Of a stretch of 64,000 bases of DNA, positions 52,290 through 64,000 are shown piece by piece. The notes under the pieces were generated by a model that did no database searches, was not told where the DNA came from, and saw nothing but the letters and a program-made list of their open reading frames with translations. The DNA is from the human T2T-CHM13v2.0 reference genome, Homo sapiens: assembly GCF_009914755.1 (NCBI RefSeq), contig NC_060926.1. One strand, 5' to 3'. Positions within the stretch are counted from its first letter, which is position 1; each line of letters starts with the position of its first letter. The translations under genes and the position numbers were made by a program.

Positions 52290-53135
52290 TTCAAGTTGCA
52301 GTATAAAATGTGAAACCACATCAATGAACTTTTTATACTGTTACATTAAAATCCATTGGTCTTTGTAGGTTGGATGGGTGCTTTATGCATGTATAATTCT
52401 GTCATATTGTGCATTGTTTATTTAGAAAATATCAGTTTACTAATCTATGCAGATCTTCCACATGTTTCATTATATAGTAGAGTGTTTTTAAAAAGTTACA
52501 TTCTTTAATATCACCAATGAATCTTGCCAAAACAGTCTTTAGGTACAGGAAAGCTTTCAAGCTCACAGGGACAGATCAGATGTTCTAAAATTATAATTTT
52601 TGCTTAAAAGCTTGAATTTTATCATTGATGACAAATATTTTCAGTTGTCCTCCTCAAAGTGACAGGGTCACTCTGTTCATTTCTGAAAAAGTTCCTGTCA
52701 AACATCTATATCTGAAAAAAAATGTTGCCCCTTGGTTTTGTTTCTTTGTTTGGGTTTGTGTTTGTATGTGTGTCTGGTTTCTTGTGTTTTTGTTTTTGTT
52801 TTTGTTTTTGTAGAGATAGGGTCTTATTGTGTTACCCAGGCTGGACCTGAATTCAAACTCCTGCCTCCACCTCCACAGCAGCTGGCATTACAGGCTCATA
52901 CCAGCACACCCAGCTCTCAGTTGTTCTTTCAAGTAAAAATAGCAGTCATGAAAAACAACTCATTCAGCTTGCAACTCAGATAACACAGCACATGTACTTT
53001 TCTTAGGAATACAGTTGCAGAAGTACTTCATCTATCTTCCCATTCTCTAGGCATAATATTGAAAAGACTGTATATGAGGTTTAATAACATTAATAATTGT
53101 TACTGCTTCATCAAGGACATTCTTAAATGAACCTC
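52290..53135. mobile_element. Charlie1-like hAT transposon remnant with a partial Alu monomer (52735-52915)
   Basis: Motifs TATGCAGATCTTCCA, GCTTAAAAGCTTGAATTTTATCATTG, CTGCTTCATCAAGGACATTCTTAA. Confidence 0.65.
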
Positions 53136-53432
53136 ACCCCAAAGGCAGATGTTTTCAGAAGGGAACTCTACTCAAGGTTTAGAAACCAGGCAGTCTCAAT
53201 GGAACATAGACTCTTCTAGTGGAAATGCCTCTACTGTTTGCCTTATTGAGTATGGTGCATTCCTATTAAGGTATAGCATATTTTATCATGTTAAAAAAGT
53301 ATCCCCCCAATGATCTTCTATGTAGAAAACCTCAACACACAATAATCAGGTGTATTTCTACACACAAACAATGAACAGTCTAAAAAGGAAATTAAAACAA
53401 TTCCATTTACAGTACCCAAAAAGAATAGAATA

Positions 53433-53737
53433 CGGTTGACTCTTGAACAACACAAGTTTGAACTGTATGAATCCACTTATATATAGATTTCAATAAATAC
53501 ACTGGAAAATTTTTTGGAGATTCACTACAATTTGGAAACATAGAGAGAGAGAGAGTCTACTTATGTGTTAATCGACTGTTTATGTTCTTGGTAAGGCTTC
53601 CCATCAACAGTAGGCTATTATTAGTTATGATTTTGAGGAGTGAAAAGTTATATGCAGATTTTTGACTGCATCTATATATGCAGATTTTACTGCAGGGGTC
53701 AGTAACCCTAACTCCTCTGTTATTCAAGGGCCAAATG
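53433..53737. mobile_element. Tigger2-type DNA transposon deletion derivative
   Basis: TIR-like ends CGGTTGACTCTTGAACAACAC and TGTTATTCAAGGGCCAAATG flanked by TA. Confidence 0.8.
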
Positions 53738-55401
53738 TACTTAGGAATTAATTTAATCAAGGAGGTGAGACTTGTGTAACAGAAACTATAAAACACTGCT
53801 GAAAGAAATCAAAGGCACATAAATAAATGGAAAGACATCTCATGTTAACGGACTGGAAGACAATATTGTTAAGATGTTATTACTACCCAAAGCAATCTAT
53901 GTATTCAATGCAATCTCTATCAAATTCAAATTGATGTTTTTTTCCAGAAATAGAAAAATCTGTCTTAAAATTCATATGGGATCTGAAGGAACAAATAGCC
54001 AAAATCTTGAAAAAGAACAAATTTGGGAGACTCACACTTCCTGAGTTCAATACAAAGTGATAGTAATCAAAACAGTGTGCTAACAGCATAAAAGATAGAC
54101 ATATAGAGCACTGGAACACAGTGGAGAGGGTAGAAATAAACCCTCACGTCTATGGTAAATAATTGACAAAAGTACCAAGACCATTCAATGAAGGAAGGAC
54201 GGTCTTTCAACAAATGGTGCTAGGAAAACTGGATCTCCTCATGCAAAACAGTGAAGTTGGACCACTGTCTTAGACAACATACACAAATTAGCACAAAACA
54301 GATCAAAGACATAAATGTAAATGCTAAACCTATAAAGCTCATAGAGGAAAACATAAGGGAAAGTCTTCACAACACTATTTACAACATTATTTACCCAGAA
54401 GTCATTCAGGACCAGGTTAACTTCCATGTAATTGTATAGTTTTGAGCGATTTTCTTAGCATTGATTTCTACTTTTCTTGCACAGTGGTCTGATGAGAGTG
54501 TGAGTGGGGTGATTTTTTTTTTTAATTTGCTGAGGATTATTTTATGCCCGGGTGTATGGTCAATTTTAGAGTATGTGTTATGTGCAGATGAGCAGAATGT
54601 ACATTCTGTTTTTGGGTGGAGAGTTCTGCAGATGTCTACTAGGTCCATTTGGTCAAGTATAGAGTTCAGGTCCCAAACATCTTTGTTACTTTCCTACCTC
54701 AACGATCTAATACTGTGAGTGGAGTGTTTAATGTCTCCCACTATTATTGTGTGGTTATTTAAGTCACTTCATAGGTCTTTAAAAATCTTTGTTGGTTTAA
54801 AGTCTGTTTTGCCTGAAATTAGAATAGACAACTCCTGTCTTTTTATGTTTTCCATTTGCTTAGTAGATTTTTCTCCGTTCCTTTACTTTGAGCCTAAGGG
54901 CGTCATTGCATGTGAGATGATCCTCCTGAAGACAGCATACCATTGGGTTTTGTTTCTATATCAGCTTTCCAGTCTGTGCCTTTTAACTGGAGTGTGTAGC
55001 CTATTTACATTCAAGGTTAGTATTGATACATGCAGATTTGATCCTGTCATAACATTGTTAGCTGGTTATTATGCAGACATGTTTGTGTGGCTGCATTATA
55101 GTGTCACTGGCCTATGTACTTTTAAGTGTGTTTTTGCAGTGGCCAGTAATGGTCTTTACTTCCCATATTTCGCACTCCCTTCAGGACCTCTTGTAAGGCA
55201 GGTCTGGTGGTAACAAATTCCCTTAGCCTTTGCTTGTCTGAAAAGGATGTAATTTTCCTTTGCTTATGAAACTTAGTTTGGCTGGATATAAAATTCTTGG
55301 TTGAAAATTCTTTAAGAATGCTGAATATAGGCCTCTAATCTCTTCTGGCTTGTAGGGTTGCTGCTGATAGGTCTGCTGTTAGCCTAAAGACCCCTTTGTA
55401 G

Positions 55402-55699
55402 GGCTGGGCGCGGTGGCTCACACCTGTGATCCCAGCACTTCAGGAGGCCAAGGCAGGTGGATCACCTGAGCTCGGGAGTTCAAGACCAGCCTGACCAACA
55501 TGGAGAAACCCCGTCTTCATTAAAAATACAAAATTAGCCAGGCATGGTGGTGCGTGCCTGTAATCCCAGCTACTCAGAATGCTGAGGCAGGAGAATCACT
55601 TGAATCTGGGAGTCAGAGGTTGTGGTGAGCTGAGATCGTGCCATTGCACTTCAGCCTGAGCAAAAAGAGCGAAACTCCATCTCAAAAACAAACAAAAAA
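55402..55699 (+). mobile_element. AluSp-like element nested in L1
   Basis: CCTGACCAACATGGAGAAACCCC; TSD AAAGAYCCCTTTGTAGG. Confidence 0.93.
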
Positions 55700-56015
55700 G
55701 ATCCCTTTGTAGGTGACCTGCCTCTTCTCTCCAGCTGCCCTTAACCGTTTTTTCTTTCATTTTGACCTTGGAGAATCTGATGACTATCCGTCATGAGGAT
55801 GATCTTCTTGTGTAGAATTTTGCAGAGGTTCTCTGTATTTCCTGAACTTGAATGTTGGCCTCTCTAACAAGGTTGGGGAAATTTTCATGGACAATATCCT
55901 GAAATATGTTTTCCAAGTTGCTTGGTTTCTCTTCCTCTCTTTCAGGGACGGAAATGAGTCATAGATTTGGTCTCTTTACATAATTTCATATTTCTCAGAG
56001 GTTTTGTTCAGTCTT

Positions 56016-56417
56016 TGATATGGTTTGAATCTGTGTCCCTGCTCAAATCTATGTTGAATTGTAATCCCCAGTGTTGAAGGTGGGGAGGTGACTGGATAAT
56101 GGGGGCAGATTTCTCATGAATGGTTTAGCACCATCCCCCTTGGTACTGTCCTAGTGATAGTGAGTGAATGCTCACAAGATATGGTTGTTTAAAAGTGTGT
56201 AGCTCCTCCCCACTCTCTCTCTCTTGCTGGCCATGCGACATGCTGGCTCCTCATTCACCTTCTGCCATGTCTGTAAGTAAGTTTCCTGAGGCCTCCTCAG
56301 AAGCAGATGCCTCCATGCTTCCTGTACAGCCTACCATGAGCTAATTAAACCCCTTTTCTTTATAAATTACCCAGTCTAAGGTATTTCTTTATAGCAATGC
56401 ATGAACGAACTAATACA
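56016..56417 (+). mobile_element. MSTA-type solo LTR nested in L1
   Basis: TGATATGGTTTGAATCTGTGTCC...AACTAATACA; 5-bp TSD GTCTT. Confidence 0.92.
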
Positions 56418-57885
56418 GTCTTCTTTATTGTTTTTACTTTATTTTTGTCTGACTGAGGTATTTTGGAGAGCCAGTCTTCCAGCTCTGAGATTCCTTCTTC
56501 AGCTTGGTTGATTCTGCTGATAAGACTTGAGACTGCACTGTGAAATTCTTCTAGTGTGTTCTTCAGCTTTATCAGGTCAGTCTGGTTCTTTCTTATAATG
56601 GTCATTTGGTCTAACACCTCCTGTATTGTTTTATTGTAATCCTTAGATTTCTTGGATTGGGTTGACTATCTCCTGTATGTCATTGATCTTTGTTCCTATC
56701 CATATTCTGAATTCTATTTGTAACATTTCAGCCATTTCAACCTGGTTAATAACCATTGCTAGGGAACTGGTACAGTCATTTGGAGGTAAGAAGGCACTCT
56801 GGCTTTTTGAGTTGCCAGAGTTCTTATGCTGGTTCTTTCTCATTTATATCGGCTGATGTTCTTCAATCTTTGAAGTTGCTGTCCTTTGGGTAGATTTTTT
56901 GCTTTTTTCTTCTTGATAACCTTGGGGGTTTGATTACAGTATAAGGTGGGATCAGTTGACTGGCTTAGATTCTAGCCTGCTCCTGGGTCTTGGAGGAGCC
57001 CTCTCTGATTACTGTCTCTGTGCCCATGTTTCTTTTGTTGAGTGTTCTTGTCCATGGGGCTCTCCCTCAGACAGGAACCTCAGTTGACAGATAGGTTGTA
57101 TCCTTGCTAGGTCAGCCCTAATCTGTTGTTGTCTGTTTACTTCCTGAGTAAACACGGGGTTGCACCTGCCTGCAGAGTTCAGGTAGAAGTGGGACCACTG
57201 GGTTGGAAGCTCTAGCAGGTGTGGCCTGGCCTGTCTGGCTACAAGAGGTGGGGGGAGGGTGGAGTTGCCTGCCCTGCTGTCTGGGTGTTTCCAGGGCAAA
57301 AGGAGGCTGTGCCCTAAAAAAAGAAGAAATTCTGACATGGTACAATATGGATGAATCTTGAGGACATTATGCTAAATGAAATAAGCCTGTTGAGAAGGAC
57401 AAATACTATATGATTTCACTTACATGAGATACCTACATTTGTCAAAATCACAAGGGACAGAAAATAGGATGGTGGTGACAGAAATGTCTGTCAAAAAGGA
57501 CAAACTGTATGATTTCACTTATATGAGATAAAAAAAGGACATACTGTATGATTTCACTTATATGAGATATCTAAAGTAGTCAAAATCACAAGAGACAGAA
57601 AACAGGATGGTAGCTGTCAAGGCCTTGAAGACAAGAGGAAATGGGGAGTTTTTGTTTAATGGATACAGGGTTTTAGTTTTGAGATTAAAAACATGAGCTC
57701 TGGTAATATATGTGGTGGTAATGGTTTCAAAACTATATGAATGAACTTAACATTACTTAATTGTACATTTACAAATGGTTAAGATGGTAAATATTAGGTG
57801 TATTTTATCACAATAAAAAACTTTTAAAGTATCCATCTATTCCTATTTTCTTTAGTGTTTTTTTAAAATAAGAAATGAGTGTTGA

Positions 57886-58280
57886 CTGCATGTTCTCACT
57901 CATAGGTGGGAATTGAACCATAAGAACATTTGGACACAGGGTGGGGAACATCACACACTGGGGCCTGTCGTGGGGTGGGGGAGTGGGGAGGGATAGCATT
58001 AGGAGATATACCTAATGTAAATGACGAGTTAACAGGTGCAGCACACCAACATGGCACATGTATACATATGTAACAAACCTGCACGTTGTGCACATGTACC
58101 CTAGAACTTAAAGTATAATTTAAAAAAAGAAAAAAAAAGTAAAGAATATTTAAAGAAGGAATAATAAATCTATATGAACAATTGCATGTCAATGTATTAA
58201 TTTAGATGTAATGGACAAATTTCTAGAAACACACAAACAATCCTCAAGAATAGAATAAAATAAATAAAGCCATTAAAAAA
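57886..58280 (+). mobile_element. Short L1PA 3'-end insertion plus extra 3' segment (probable transduction)
   Basis: Near-consensus L1PA 3' UTR 57886-58119, poly(A), ~135 bp extra, second A-run; 16-bp TSD AAGAAATGAGTGTTGA at 57870-57885 and 58281-58296. Confidence 0.9.
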
Positions 58281-58721
58281 AAGAAATGAGTGTTGAATTT
58301 AGCAGAAAGCTTTTTTTAGCATCTACAAAAATCATCATGATATGAAGGACTGCTGTTTTTCCATGATAATTCTTGTATAACCTCTTGACTTTTTAAACTA
58401 TCTGCATATATTACTTTTATAAGAATATTTAATTTAAAAAACTTTGGGGCTACAAGCAAAATAGTACATTAAGAAAAATGTATAGGTTTAGATGTGCTGA
58501 GAAAGAAGAAATGCTAACAATCAATCTTTGGGCAAAATAAGCCCAAACAATGTAAAATGACTGATATAATCTAGAAAATAAATTGATGAAATAGAAAATT
58601 AGTATAAAATAGAATTAAAGAAAGCAAAGTTGGTTCTTTCTAGAGAATAATGTAACTACGAAACTGCAGATTAACTGATGAAGAAAAACAGAAGGCACAA
58701 ATAATCAATATAAGGAATAAA

Positions 58722-59008
58722 GGCCAGGCACGGCAGCTCACACCCTGTAATCCCAGCACTTTGGGAGGCCAAGGCAGGTGGATCATTTGAGGTCAGGAGT
58801 TTGAGACCAGGCTGGCCAAAATGGTGAAACCCCATCTCAACTAAAAATACAAAAATTAGCCAGGGTGGTAGGTGCCTGTAATCCCAGCTACCCAGGAGGC
58901 TGAGGCAGGAGAATCGCTTCAGCCTGGGAGGCAGAGGTTGTGGTGAGCTGAGATAGATAATGCCACTGCACTCCAGCTTAGGTGACAGAGTGAGACCCTG
59001 TCTCAAAA
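58722..59008 (+). mobile_element. AluS element with very short tail
   Basis: Full Alu body. Confidence 0.93.
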
Positions 59009-60187
59009 GGCATTAATATTTTGACATAATATTAATGATATTTGAAAACTTCACATTTATATTTAAAAATTTAGTTTATATCAGGAACGTAAGGGTGGTT
59101 TAGTATTTTTAAATGCATAGATATAATCTGTTGCTTTGGCAGAATAAAAAGAAAAACTCTGGTCATGTCAAAAAGAATTCCAAAAAAGTCAACATCTCTT
59201 CCTGATTATAAAACAAAGAAACAAAAAGTCCAACAACTCTTATCAAGCTACAATTTGAAGAGAATTTCATTAACTTGACAGAGTTTCTACCAGAAAATTG
59301 CAGGACACATTGTATTCAGTGGGGAAAATATTAATAGCAGTCTCTTTAAAACCCAGGACAAAAATACACTATCATTGCTTTATTTCAAATTACATTGCCT
59401 CAAAGACTTGAACATAAATGTTCGCTGAAGCTTTATTTATAATACTCAAATGTCCATCAACAGATGAATAAACAAGTATATCCATACAAAAGAACACAAT
59501 TCAGCAATAAAGAGAAGTGTGCTGCTAATATACATAAAAACAGGAAGCTTGAAAACACCATACTGAGCAAAAGACACAAGAGTGTAGACTATATAATTCT
59601 GCTTATATGAAATTCTAGAACAGGCAAAACTAATCGATACTTACTGAAAGAATACCAGTGGATGCCTAAGGTCTGAGAGAAGGAGAAGAATGAATTGTAG
59701 TAAAGTGTCACAGGGAACATTCTGGGGTGATGGAATGTCCTATTTATTGATTGTGGTGGTAGCCACATGGTTATACACATGTCAAAACTCATTGAACTGT
59801 ATACTCTCCATTTATTTAGATCTTCAGTGTCTCTCGGTTTTGTAATTTTCAGTGTACAAGTGTACACCTTTTTAATTTATTCCTGTTTTATTCTGTTTGA
59901 TGCTACTGAATGAAATTGTTTAAACTTCATTTTGAGACTGTTCACTGGTAGTATGTAGAAAGAGAATTTACTTTTGTGTATTGATCTTGTTTCCTGAGAC
60001 TTTGCTGAATTTATTAACTCTAGTAGGTTTTATTTTGTATGTGTGCATTAAAAATGGGTGCAATTCATTGACTGTTCTGTATACCTCAAAATAGTTAATT
60101 GTTAAAAAAAAAACTAACAAAAATATGCAACCCACTGGGGAAAATAATAAAATGTTATCAAAAGACATTTTGAAAGACTATAGACAA

Positions 60188-60955
<768 letters not shown>

Positions 60956-60957
60956 AA

Positions 60958-64000
<3,043 letters not shown>

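Larger units (their letters stand above)
54385..57312 (-). mobile_element. L1P element (5' UTR, ORF1, ORF2 endonuclease region), decayed
   Basis: Minus-strand peptides MDLVDICRTLHPK..SSAHNTYSKIDH and RINQAEEGISELED. Confidence 0.88.
53310..57824 (+). mobile_element. L1M (ORF2 3' part 53310-54375 and 3' end 57315-57824) split by nested insertions
   Basis: Sense ORF2 motifs, L1M 3' UTR with AATAAA; AAAAGTATCC on both flanks (candidate TSD). Confidence 0.7.

Overview
Primate (almost certainly human) genomic DNA, not prokaryotic. The window holds the last five coding exons and 3' UTR of FBLN7 (fibulin-7, + strand; exons 10554-10679, 16589-16726, 17641-17778, 20077-20215, 22010-22382). About 23 kb of repeat-rich intergenic DNA follows, then a convergent minus-strand non-coding terminal exon (~46380-51330) and its upstream intron. 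I assign that exon to ZC3H8 from recalled gene order on chr2q13; no ZC3H8 coding sequence is in the window. Most other sequence is Alu, L1, L2, MIR, MaLR LTR and DNA-transposon remnants, and nearly all ORFs in the supplied track are repeat-derived or chance. I found no credible new multi-gene system. The most notable structures are: (1) a ~230 bp inverted local duplication templated into an MLT1 LTR (27526-27753 / 29081-29313); (2) a short L1PA insertion with an apparent 3' transduction (57870-58296); (3) a ~250 bp AT-rich quasi-palindrome in an FBLN7 intron; (4) closely spaced inverted Alus in the long minus-strand 3' UTR; (5) an FBLN7 EGF repeat carrying Notch-type O-glycosylation consensus sites. 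Repeat subfamily names and most repeat boundaries are by eye and approximate.
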